DNA from: Escherichia phage Es2
DNA: 64,000 bases
Reading direction: 5' to 3' (one strand)
Sequence record: OR515477.1
Each line of letters opens with the position of its first letter. Position 1 is the stretch's first letter. Position numbers and translations under genes: made by a program. The notes under the pieces were generated by a model. That model saw only the letters and a program-made list of their open reading frames with translations, did not search any database and was not told where the DNA came from. Of this stretch, positions 53,823-62,016 are shown piece by piece.

Positions 53823-54532
53823 TTAAAGAAGCCGAAAAATTAAAACGTCTCATCCAGCTAGCGCGGGGTGCTACACAAAAGAGTCTTTCCCAGCTAACTA
53901 ATGAAGAAAAATATGCAGTAATGTTTTTAGGAGATCATTATCCTGCTAGGTGGGATAAAGGTAAGATCAAGTATGATCGTGATGCAAAACAAGTTGTTTG
54001 GTCAGGCTCATATGTAGAAGTGAATAAAGCATTAAAGGCTTTAGATCCTGAAGCAAAAGGTTTCTCTTCTAATGCTATTCATATTCTAATTGATGAAGAT
54101 CTCCCAAGATTTAAGGAAGCATCATTTAAAGAAGCATTAGCTAGTGAAGATCTTATTCCTTTTAAACACGGTAAGTATGCACATCTTCCACCACTAGAAA
54201 AAGAGAAACCTACTCTAGTTAAAGATGAAGTTTATCGTGGGATTGGCACAATGCTAGCGAGTTTGACTGTAGCTCTCCATAAAGATCTAGAGTTAACGCC
54301 CCTAGAAAACGCTGTGCATTTCATGTGCCATAAGTACGAGGATACATTTAAAGAGCTATGTAAGTCGCTAGGAATGCCAAGTTACACGATATTAAACTAT
54401 GCTCCTGAATATACTAGAGCAGCTCGTGGAACTATGGATTACGATGATACAGGATCCACTGCTTCCTATTTAGCAACTTATATCTACTTCGCATCCTTAG
54501 GTATCAAACTCAAATCCAAGAAGGAGGAATAA
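53819..54532 (+). CDS. hypothetical protein
   Basis: 237 aa ORF; last gene before the repeat region. Confidence 0.5.
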   Translation: MIKEAEKLKRLIQLARGATQKSLSQLTNEEKYAVMFLGDHYPARWDKGKIKYDRDAKQVVWSGSYVEVNKALKALDPEAKGFSSNAIHILIDEDLPRFKEASFKEALASEDLIPFKHGKYAHLPPLEKEKPTLVKDEVYRGIGTMLASLTVALHKDLELTPLENAVHFMCHKYEDTFKELCKSLGMPSYTILNYAPEYTRAARGTMDYDDTGSTASYLATYIYFASLGIKLKSKKEE

Positions 54533-54547
54533 AAGTTAACAAAAAGT

Positions 54548-54576
54548 TCTTGCATTCTCATACCCAAACATGTTAT
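54548..54576 (+). promoter_or_regulatory. sigma70-like promoter (TTGCAT, 17 bp, TATAAT)
   Basis: ttcTTGCATtctcatacccaaacatgtTATAATaatc. Confidence 0.5.
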
Positions 54577-54582
54577 AATAAT

Positions 54583-54750
54583 CTCATAGATTAACAACTA
54601 CTCTAGTTGATTAACTCTAGGGGCGATGATTATTACACGAATGTCTCGTATAGCTTGCGGCCTAGCAACAGCGGTATGACGGCATGAGTACTCACGTAAT
54701 TAATCACGCGCCCACAGGAGAGACTCTCATGAAATTGGGGGTCTCTTTTT
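54583..54750 (+). ncRNA. candidate small RNA unit (promoter to terminator, no ORF)
   Basis: Bounded by promoter 54548-54576 and hairpin AGAGAC...GTCTCT plus TTTTTCTTT (~54713-54750); internal inverted repeat TTAACAACT...AGTTGATTAA. Confidence 0.35.
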
Positions 54751-55042
54751 CTTTATATTATTTAAATATTTTTAATGGCAATATCTGTGTTCAAGATGAT
54801 ACACCTGTTGCCGCTCATCTGCTAGGATGGCACAACACTTTCTTCTAGACTCCTAAGTTTCTAGGAATAGTTGAGCACTAACTCTAGAGTTTACATTAAA
54901 CTTTAAATCTGTTTCTCTAGTCAACTCAGGCGGTTTTCATATTCCTAGAAACTCTAGCAATAGGCGGTTAATACAGGGCGGTTTTAGGGAGGGCGGTTAT
55001 TTCTAGAAGACATTTTTTGAAAACACATTTCTAGAAATTACT

Positions 55043-55643
55043 GTCGTATTTGCACACTGCATTTCTAGAAATTTATGGTCGGATTTGCACAAACGCCTAA
55101 GTTTTTAGGAACATATAATCTCTTGAAAATGGCAGCATTATTTCGGGCCGAAGGCCCGTGATTGCCTGAGTTTTTAGAGCCACAAGAATTTTCACTTGTC
55201 AAGCTATTTTGCCCCATTTAGCAAATAAAATTTTACTTTATCTCCTCTAATCTCAAATTAACCCAAATCTTCTCAACTCTTCCCCAAAATACCCGCAAAT
55301 CAGGTGCTCCGCACCAAACATGCGCCTCTCCCACAGTTCCCCCAAAATTTCTCTCGCTCTCTCAACTTCTCCCCAAACATACACAATCACACACCCTCCA
55401 ATCGAAGCCACAAAAATCTTGTCGGATTCGCACATCTTAATCCTAGAAAAACCGTGTCGGATTTGCACATACCCCACAGGATTCGAACGCAGTTCGAGAT
55501 TGCTGGAGTTTTTAGGAAAATTCATTGTCGGATTCGCACACTATAAAAATTTTTCGGGTCGGATTTGCACACTACCAAAAATTGTCGGATTCGCACATAC
55601 ACGCCCGCACGTAACACCCGTGGAGCAATGTCGGATTTGCACA
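55043..55643 (+). repeat. eight dispersed copies of a 14 bp motif GTCGGATT(T/C)GCACA
   Basis: Copies at about 55043, 55078, 55421, 55456, 55527, 55558, 55584 and 55630; interspersed TTCTAGAA palindromes and GGCGGTT repeats. Confidence 0.7.
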
Positions 55644-55646
55644 AAA

Positions 55647-55668
55647 GCGCAGGGCAATTGCCCTGCGC
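55647..55668 (+). repeat. perfect palindrome GCGCAGGGC-AATT-GCCCTGCGC
   Basis: 9 bp arms with 4 nt centre; read directly. Confidence 0.8.
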
Positions 55669-55669
55669 T

Positions 55670-55900
55670 AAATGAGAATAAAAATAAGAATCATTCTCAT
55701 TTAGAAAGCGGAATGAGAATGATAATAATTCGCATTTAGAAAGCGAAATGAGAATCAATCTCATTTAAGAACGGAAACGAAAATTATTCAGGAAGTGAAA
55801 CGATTCTCATTTAGAAAGTGGAATGATTCTCATTTAGAAAGTGGAATGCAAATGATAATGATTCGCATTTAAGAATGGAAGTGAGAAACACTGTTATTTA
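55670..55900 (+). repeat. tandem ~28-30 bp direct repeats (CTCATTTAGAAAG[CT]GGAATGA-like), about 6 units
   Basis: Repeated ATTCTCATTTAGAAAGCGGAATGAGAATGA-like units with variants; no ORF. Confidence 0.7.
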
Positions 55901-56010
55901 AGTTATCCACAGACTTATCAACAGCACGATTTGACTTGACAAAATTCTAGCCATTTTGAGGCGTTATCAACAGACTTATCAACAGCTTATCCTACTGTAT
56001 AAATATACAG
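55881..56010 (+). repeat. left composite inverted repeat (IR-A and IR-B) with DnaA-box-like TTATCCACA
   Basis: IR-A 55881-55918 is 37/38 identical to the reverse complement of 59205-59242; IR-B 55971-56010 is 38/40 identical to the reverse complement of 59113-59152. Confidence 0.75.
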
Positions 56011-56207
56011 TATTCCTATGCAGTGAATAATTCTAATATACAGCTAAAACGCTCTCAAACGCATTCTAACGCGTTTAATTTTGGTGGGGATACTAAAACA
56101 CGGGCAAAATTGGAGGAGGCTTAGAAATTAGTTAGCTCGCTAACGATCACACAAGGCGACACGTAACATCCTAACCATTAGCAGGCTAACCATCGCGGGC
56201 GCGGTCA

Positions 56208-56228
56208 AATGAGAATGATTCTCATTTG
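56208..56228 (+). repeat. palindrome AAATGAGAAT-G-ATTCTCATTT
   Basis: 10 bp perfect arms; same half-site as the 55670-55900 repeats. Confidence 0.75.
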
Positions 56229-56378
56229 AGAATTGGGGGCACTTCCTGATAGTTGCGCCCCGTGATTATTACAGTAGTGGGCAACCTTTACGCTTTGCCC
56301 ATTCCCGCCACTCATCTTGATGTCTAGACTTGCGACGGCGTACTAAAAACCATTTATACCAGTGATTAAACCATCGTT

Positions 56379-56582
56379 TCATAAATCCTCCTCCGGTAGT
56401 CGGTGCGTGATTTTTTCCTCCTCTCCGTAGGAATCCACTAAATGCTGATAATAACCATCGTGATCATAAATCACTTTATCATATTCGCCACGCTCGACCG
56501 CTTGTCGGTTTTCCGGCGTATCTGGCACGTAAAAAACATCAACCATTGTACTGATTTTGGTTACAACAATTTTATTGCTCAT
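56379..56582 (-). CDS. hypothetical protein
   Basis: 67 aa; last gene of the inverted-repeat-bounded block; GGAG RBS. Confidence 0.45.
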   Translation of the reverse strand: MSNKIVVTKISTMVDVFYVPDTPENRQAVERGEYDKVIYDHDGYYQHLVDSYGEEEKITHRLPEEDL

Positions 56583-56607
56583 AATAACGCTCCGTTATTA
56601 TATAATC

Positions 56608-56952
56608 TCATTGTGCCACCTTTCGAAACGCTGTTTCAATACTTTCCGCAGTTGACTGAATATACGCGCCTTTCATGATCAGGCGCTCAGTGCATACCTT
56701 ACGGAAGATATTAATAAAATCATCTTCATTTTCTGCAATTAACGCTTCACCCATAACCTGAACGTCACAAGATGCAAAGGTCAAAAATTGAAACGCTAGT
56801 TCACGGGCAACGACCTCATTGATTTTATAATGCGCCTTGCCCTCATAAATATTAATAACGCCCTTATATGTTGGGGAAAGCTGATTTAAATAATTTGCTA
56901 ATAATGCTGGGCGGCAATTAGCAATAAAACGATTGCCTTCATAAATAACCAT
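56608..56952 (-). CDS. hypothetical protein
   Basis: Start MVIYEGNRF after GGGAGG; 114 aa. Confidence 0.5.
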   Translation of the reverse strand: MVIYEGNRFIANCRPALLANYLNQLSPTYKGVINIYEGKAHYKINEVVARELAFQFLTFASCDVQVMGEALIAENEDDFINIFRKVCTERLIMKGAYIQSTAESIETAFRKVAQ

Positions 56953-57079
56953 TTGACAGCCTCCCAATTAGATAGCCAGATAATAACATAAAGATCCCCA
57001 ATGAAAGGGGGTCATTTTTAAATAGGGTGGCGGTAAAACCGCCAGCCATTGCAAGGATGATAACAATAACGCTTTTCAT
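56942..57079 (-). CDS. small hydrophobic peptide
   Basis: 45 aa (MKSVIVIILAMAGGFTATLF...), ATGA coupling to the upstream gene; below track cutoff. Confidence 0.35.
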
Positions 57080-57288
57080 AGTACCCCACGAAACGCAGCG
57101 TAAAAGGTGGCAAAATGTTTAACTGTTTCAGCTATCACGTTGCCGCGCTTGTCAAATTTCTTTTCTGTAACACGAAAGGCATTCTTATTACGTGCTACAT
57201 ATTCAATTTTACAATCTTCCCGCTCGAACGTGTTAACATCCACCAGCTTAAAGCCTTTCGAACGTGCAAGAGAAACATTGCGGATCAT
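57076..57288 (-). CDS. hypothetical protein
   Basis: 70 aa; AGGAGAATAA RBS. Confidence 0.5.
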   Translation of the reverse strand: MIRNVSLARSKGFKLVDVNTFEREDCKIEYVARNKNAFRVTEKKFDKRGNVIAETVKHFATFYAAFRGVL

Positions 57289-57290
57289 TT

Positions 57291-57446
57291 TTATTCTCCT
57301 TTACTAGTCATGCAGCCCAGCAGATAAGAAAATGCAGCGATACCCGCGCCAATAATAACCGCGTGAACACCGAAAGCTATTGCAAAAAGGGATAAAATAG
57401 CGCCCAAGATACCTGCTAGAATAGCTCGAAAAATAACCATTTTCAT
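57291..57446 (-). CDS. small hydrophobic peptide
   Basis: 51 aa (MKMVIFRAILAGILGAILSLFAIAFGVHAVIIGAGIAAF...), GGAGA RBS; below track cutoff. Confidence 0.35.
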   Translation of the reverse strand: MKMVIFRAILAGILGAILSLFAIAFGVHAVIIGAGIAAFSYLLGCMTSKGE

Positions 57447-57486
57447 TCTCCTAGTTTGCGGGGCGAAAGTAACGCCCCGTTATTAC

Positions 57487-57717
57487 TTACATTAAAACAA
57501 TTTTTGCCGCTTGTTTTTTAGTACAGTGTTCCGCTTTCAGGGTATCCAGCAAAAAGCCGGCCGTTTGCTGATCGATTTTATCGGCGTTGTATAGTTCTTG
57601 GATGGTGTTATAAGTTTTAGCAATGCCGAACTCCTGCACCATTTCATGAATGATGGCGCGATTAGATACCCAGCCTTGCGCGGTGAACAGATGACTAGCA
57701 GAAGAATAAGCAACCAT
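57487..57717 (-). CDS. hypothetical protein
   Basis: Start MVAYSSASH after GGAGGT; 76 aa. Confidence 0.5.
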   Translation of the reverse strand: MVAYSSASHLFTAQGWVSNRAIIHEMVQEFGIAKTYNTIQELYNADKIDQQTAGFLLDTLKAEHCTKKQAAKIVLM

Positions 57718-57781
57718 TTTAAACCTCCAAATTTTTGGGAAAATTTTCAACCGTCCTCAAACGGTGTAAAGGCATTATAAC

Positions 57782-57810
57782 AAAAAAGGTCGCCATAAAA
57801 GGCGACCTTT
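57782..57810 (-). terminator. rho-independent terminator (hairpin usable on both strands)
   Basis: AAAGGTCGCC-ATAAAA-GGCGACCTTT with A/T runs on both sides. Confidence 0.65.
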
Positions 57811-57835
57811 ACAAAACTTTACATTAGATTATTTA

Positions 57836-58846
57836 TTACTCGTTTTCGGTGTTAGTGGTAAAAGTAGAAATATCGATACCTTTTACCATTTCATCAATCA
57901 TTTCAGCGATGTTAAAACTTTGCACCATTTCCAACATTGCCGCTTCCATAGCTGCCCCTGCTACCGCTTTCGCTTTCTGGTTGCTTGGGGCATACTGGTC
58001 AACCGCTACGCTCAGCAGGTTGGCAATTACTACTCGACCGATAGGCGTATCAATATAACCTTTAATCATGAACGGTGCTTTTTTAGCCGCTACTTTCGTA
58101 ATTTGAGTCAGTGCAATTTTACCCGCTTCCAGTTTTGCAGCGTTTACAACGGCGGATTTATTAGCGGCAACGATGTTAGCAATCTTGGTCATGGTATTTT
58201 TTCCTTTATTTTCAGTGATTTGAGTATTAACGCTTTGAGTGTTAGAATTTACAGCATGGTTTTCTACGCTGTCAATAATCTGATCTTCATCTTTCCAGAA
58301 AGAAAAACCAGCGCTTTCTATATCCCCATCATAAATATACGGGTATAGCTCCCGTGGTAACAAAAAATTACCGTCGCCATCAAAAGCCATTATACCGGTA
58401 TATTGAGATCCGTCGTTATCCGGCTTATACCATCCAGCGGGTAAATACTTCCAGATAACATCTAAAAATCCCTCAATGCTAGAAAGTCCATTTATCAGAT
58501 CAAGCCCAATAAGCTCAAAACCATTTATATTAAATGATTGACGGCCTGAATTGCTATGATACGCAACAATAGTATTGCCCTGCGCAACAATAAAATCGGT
58601 ATCCGGCCCCGCTCCCCTGCCCGTAAAGATATGGCAATCCCGATTATGTAAAACTAGCGTTGCCCCTTGCTTATATAAGGGTAGAAAACTATCCATATCA
58701 TAGGCGTCATATTCATCAAAAAAGTTTTGATGAATAGTTTCAACCTTGTTAATAAAATGTTTAATGCTGGTTGACTTGCTACCGTCCAGCAGGTTACGCA
58801 ATGCACCTTTTAAGACGGTTGCGTTATCTGGTTTATAAAGCCTCAT
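57836..58846 (-). CDS. hypothetical protein (336 aa)
   Basis: AGGAGG RBS; GC-richer codon usage than the surrounding phage genes; no recognisable motif. Confidence 0.55.
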   Translation of the reverse strand: MRLYKPDNATVLKGALRNLLDGSKSTSIKHFINKVETIHQNFFDEYDAYDMDSFLPLYKQGATLVLHNRDCHIFTGRGAGPDTDFIVAQGNTIVAYHSNSGRQSFNINGFELIGLDLINGLSSIEGFLDVIWKYLPAGWYKPDNDGSQYTGIMAFDGDGNFLLPRELYPYIYDGDIESAGFSFWKDEDQIIDSVENHAVNSNTQSVNTQITENKGKNTMTKIANIVAANKSAVVNAAKLEAGKIALTQITKVAAKKAPFMIKGYIDTPIGRVVIANLLSVAVDQYAPSNQKAKAVAGAAMEAAMLEMVQSFNIAEMIDEMVKGIDISTFTTNTENE

Positions 58847-59112
58847 TTGTTCGGCCTCCTCGTTAATCGGTGAGTGAATGATAAAGGTATTTTCTTTCTA
58901 GGGGCAAATATTATTTTACCTTTTTATTTTCTTTGCCTAACTCCTAGTTTTATGCTAATCGCGCAGCGGTACAGTAAAGAGCAAAACACGGCGAAGCCAC
59001 CAGGGCGACGGGTGAAGGCTTTACTTTAATATTACCCCACTGCATTTAGCTCGTTAGAAAGCGATTTAGGCCGCTTAAAATTGATTGCAGTTGTTAACAC
59101 TACCTTTTTACC

Positions 59113-59242
59113 CTGTATATTTATACAGTAGGATAACCTGTGGATAAGTCTGTGTAAAAGTCCTTATATCGCCGCCTATCATGTCAAGTTATTTTACAAA
59201 ATGTATAAGTCTGTGGATAACTTAAATAATAGTGTTTCTCAC
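59113..59242 (+). repeat. right composite inverted repeat (IR-B' and IR-A') with two TGTGGATAA DnaA-box-like sites
   Basis: Reverse-complement match to 55881-56010. Confidence 0.75.
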
Positions 59243-59410
59243 TAACTAATTTATGCAGTTATTATATCGTAAAATATAGTTAGTTGGCTAATAGGATTTT
59301 AAAGTGATTATGAGTCCGCTAATTAAACCTGAAAAACTCATTAGCTAGTCTGCTAATCATTTTGATATAATATAATAGAGATTAAATTAATAACATAAGG
59401 AAACAATTAG

Positions 59411-59929
59411 ATGCCTAAATATAAACATATAGATTATGACCTTTTTAATAGTTACTTTTATTATGATGAAACATCGTTATCATTTTTACGCTGGCGAGAA
59501 GATCATGCCATCGCTGGTGGTTTAAATGGTAATTATTGGCAAGTTGAATTATTAGATAAAGGACAATTCAAAGTACATAGAATTATTTTTTGTATAATGA
59601 ATGGTGGTATAGATAGCGAGCTAATGATTGATCATATTGATCGTAACCCCCGTAATAATAACATTTGGAATCTTCGCGCGGTTGATAGTTCCCAGAATAA
59701 CTATAATAAGACTCCTAGTGAGTATGAAAACTATAAGCGTGCTAATGGTATCCCTAGAAACATTTACGTTAATAAAATTCGCCCCCGTGATAGTTTCGGG
59801 CGTGATTATTTAACTGCTCAAATTAAGAATCCTATTACTAACAAGCGTGTTAGTAAGTCTGGTTATGATTTACAAGAGTTATTATTATGGCTTGAAGCTA
59901 AAAAAGCTGAATTCGGAATTGTCAATTAA
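59411..59929 (+). CDS. HNH endonuclease
   Basis: DHIDRNPRNNNIWNLRAV HNH motif; AAGGAAAC RBS. Confidence 0.65.
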   Translation: MPKYKHIDYDLFNSYFYYDETSLSFLRWREDHAIAGGLNGNYWQVELLDKGQFKVHRIIFCIMNGGIDSELMIDHIDRNPRNNNIWNLRAVDSSQNNYNKTPSEYENYKRANGIPRNIYVNKIRPRDSFGRDYLTAQIKNPITNKRVSKSGYDLQELLLWLEAKKAEFGIVN

Positions 59930-60875
59930 TTTATTTTATAAATTAACTCGTTTAGTCTTGATTTTTAAAAGTCAAGACCTTTTTCAACTATTTTTCAATT
60001 TTGCGGTTGTTAAATATTTGTTAAACCGAAAATAAGCCGCCTAAAACGCCCCAGAACGCGATGAAAGTTTTAGTCATGCCATTGCATTGCCTACCCTCGT
60101 TTATCGCTACCACGAGCTTTTTAGATTTTGTCAAGTAGGGGAAAGCAAATATAAATGAAAAAATTACTTGCCTATCTGCTATGTTTTGTGGTATTCACGC
60201 GCCCGTTTCTTTTAATTTTAGTGTGCCGCGCCCTAGTCGCCGCACGCCGTCCGGTGAATCGTGTCTTTACGTTTCTTTACAAAAATAAGGTTGCGCCATT
60301 TTCGGGAATCCCCTATTATTTATCACGTAGGGCGGCAATGACGAACTACACGGCGGGAAGTTTACCGCCACGCTCTTTAAAAATTGGGTATATCTTAAAG
60401 CCTATCGGCGGTAAACTTATTCATTATAAGGAATCGACGATATGAAACAAACGCTTTTGATAACTGGTAAACCAGCTAAAAAATTAGATGGTACTACTAA
60501 AAAATTGTTGACAGTAGCGCAAAGATCCATAAGATATAGATTCACGCAGTACAAGAAAGGCCGCCAGCAAGGTTTAGAAATGATCTGGCGAAATATTATG
60601 ATTGACCTGAAAGAAAATCATAAAAAACTGCAAAAAATTGTTTGACACCCTAGCCGATAGGCTTTAAGATGTACCCAGTTCGATGAGAGCGATAACTTGA
60701 TACAATTTGACGGTCGGTGCTTACCATAATGCATCCCGCCCCCTAACTGGGATATAGCGGCCTGAGTGGAGTTCTTTAAATTGATTATAATGGCGAGCGG
60801 ATTGTTACTTATTACCTGCTACTATTTTCTAGTAGGTAATGCGAAACAATCCCCTAAATAACTGGAGTTTATACT

Positions 60876-61127
60876 ATGCAAAACGTTACTAATGCGCCGA
60901 AAATTGGTCAATCCGTTTTTATCCCTTTCGTTACCAAAACGGATGAATTAACCGGAAAAGCCGAACGTATTAAAGGTGCGGCGCTTATGCCGTTCGATAC
61001 AATCGACGCGGTATACGCTGAAAATGAACGCAGTAACAACGGCAAGCCGATTTATAACGTTCGCGTTAAATCCGGCGACGTTGTAAAGGTTGTTCAACGC
61101 AACGAAAAATGGGAAGCTGTACTGTAA
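60876..61127 (+). CDS. hypothetical protein
   Basis: 83 aa ORF with TGGAG RBS. Confidence 0.5.
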   Translation: MQNVTNAPKIGQSVFIPFVTKTDELTGKAERIKGAALMPFDTIDAVYAENERSNNGKPIYNVRVKSGDVVKVVQRNEKWEAVL

Positions 61128-61225
61128 TCTAGTGTTAACTTTATATTCCCCTGAAATATGGGGAATATAACGATTAACATTAGTTAATCATAATCCCTTA
61201 AATTAAACTAATAGGAGTTTATATC

Positions 61226-61633
61226 ATGACTAACGCAAAAACCGCAAAATTCGCATGGAATGAAGAAAACACCCAAAAAGCTGTTACCATGTACCAGCAG
61301 TTAATCAACGAAAACGGTTTAGATTTCGCAAATAGTGACGGGCTGAAAGAGATTGCAAAAGCAGTAGGCGCGGCTTCTCCCGTATCCGTTCGCTCAAAAT
61401 TGACCAGTGCAAAAGCCTACCAGAAAAGCGATAAGCCGCGTAAAGTTGGCGGCGGCAGTTCTGTACGCAAAGCGCATTATGTGCGTGTTATTGCTAAACA
61501 TGCCATTGATTCCGGCATTATCAAAGACGCTGACGATCTGGCATCACTGGAAAGTGCAAAACTTGAAACGCTGGACGCGGTAGCGCAATTGCTAGGCGTT
61601 GCCGATGAAGTGAAACAAGCCGCAGGCGAATAA
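61226..61633 (+). CDS. hypothetical protein
   Basis: 135 aa ORF with AGGAG RBS. Confidence 0.5.
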   Translation: MTNAKTAKFAWNEENTQKAVTMYQQLINENGLDFANSDGLKEIAKAVGAASPVSVRSKLTSAKAYQKSDKPRKVGGGSSVRKAHYVRVIAKHAIDSGIIKDADDLASLESAKLETLDAVAQLLGVADEVKQAAGE

Positions 61634-61722
61634 TAGTTATACATTGCCCTTCCTAGTGGGAGGGCAATAATATAACTGTTTAGCGATAGTTATTTTCTTC
61701 CCTTAAATCAGGAGTTTTAAAA

Positions 61723-61920
61723 ATGATTTTCTTTCCTACTGAATCATTAATTTTAGGCTTGTTTATTATGGCGGCCTCATTATTGTTCGCTTATTTTCAA
61801 AATGATTTAGATTCATATTATTTTAAACGTAAATCTAAGTTAGCAAAGCGTTTAGGTCTGATTTGTTTTATTGCCGCCGTTGCTTGTGGTGTTAGTTCTA
61901 GCCTTATGCCTTTAAATTAA
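61723..61920 (+). CDS. small membrane protein
   Basis: 65 aa, two hydrophobic segments. Confidence 0.45.
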   Translation: MIFFPTESLILGLFIMAASLLFAYFQNDLDSYYFKRKSKLAKRLGLICFIAAVACGVSSSLMPLN

Positions 61921-62016
61921 TGTTGCAAATTATAACGCCTATTATTCAAGGCGTTATATTTGGCAATATTTGCCAATAACAAACGTTTTTTAATCCCTTT
62001 AATGGAGTTTATTACT

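Noticed and set aside
55253-55764. ORFs 55253-55525 (-), 55304-55546 (+), 55320-55739 (+), 55522-55764 (-)
   Set aside because: Lie within the iteron/palindrome-rich region; translations are low-complexity (Pro/His/Ser/Arg-rich), mutually overlapping, and lack RBS.
55670-55900. Possible CRISPR array
   Set aside because: The repeats are contiguous degenerate tandem units without unique spacers of regular length, and no cas genes are present; interpreted as protein-binding tandem repeats.
57849-58348. Plus-strand ORFs 57849-58058 and 57920-58348
   Set aside because: Antisense to the 336-aa minus-strand gene that has a strong AGGAGG RBS; products are Ile/Phe/Ser-rich.
60155-60645. ORFs 60155-60445 and 60442-60645
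   Set aside because: Region contains promoter-like TTGACA elements and Arg/Pro-rich odd composition; weak RBS; more likely regulatory DNA. Not excluded, but unsupported.
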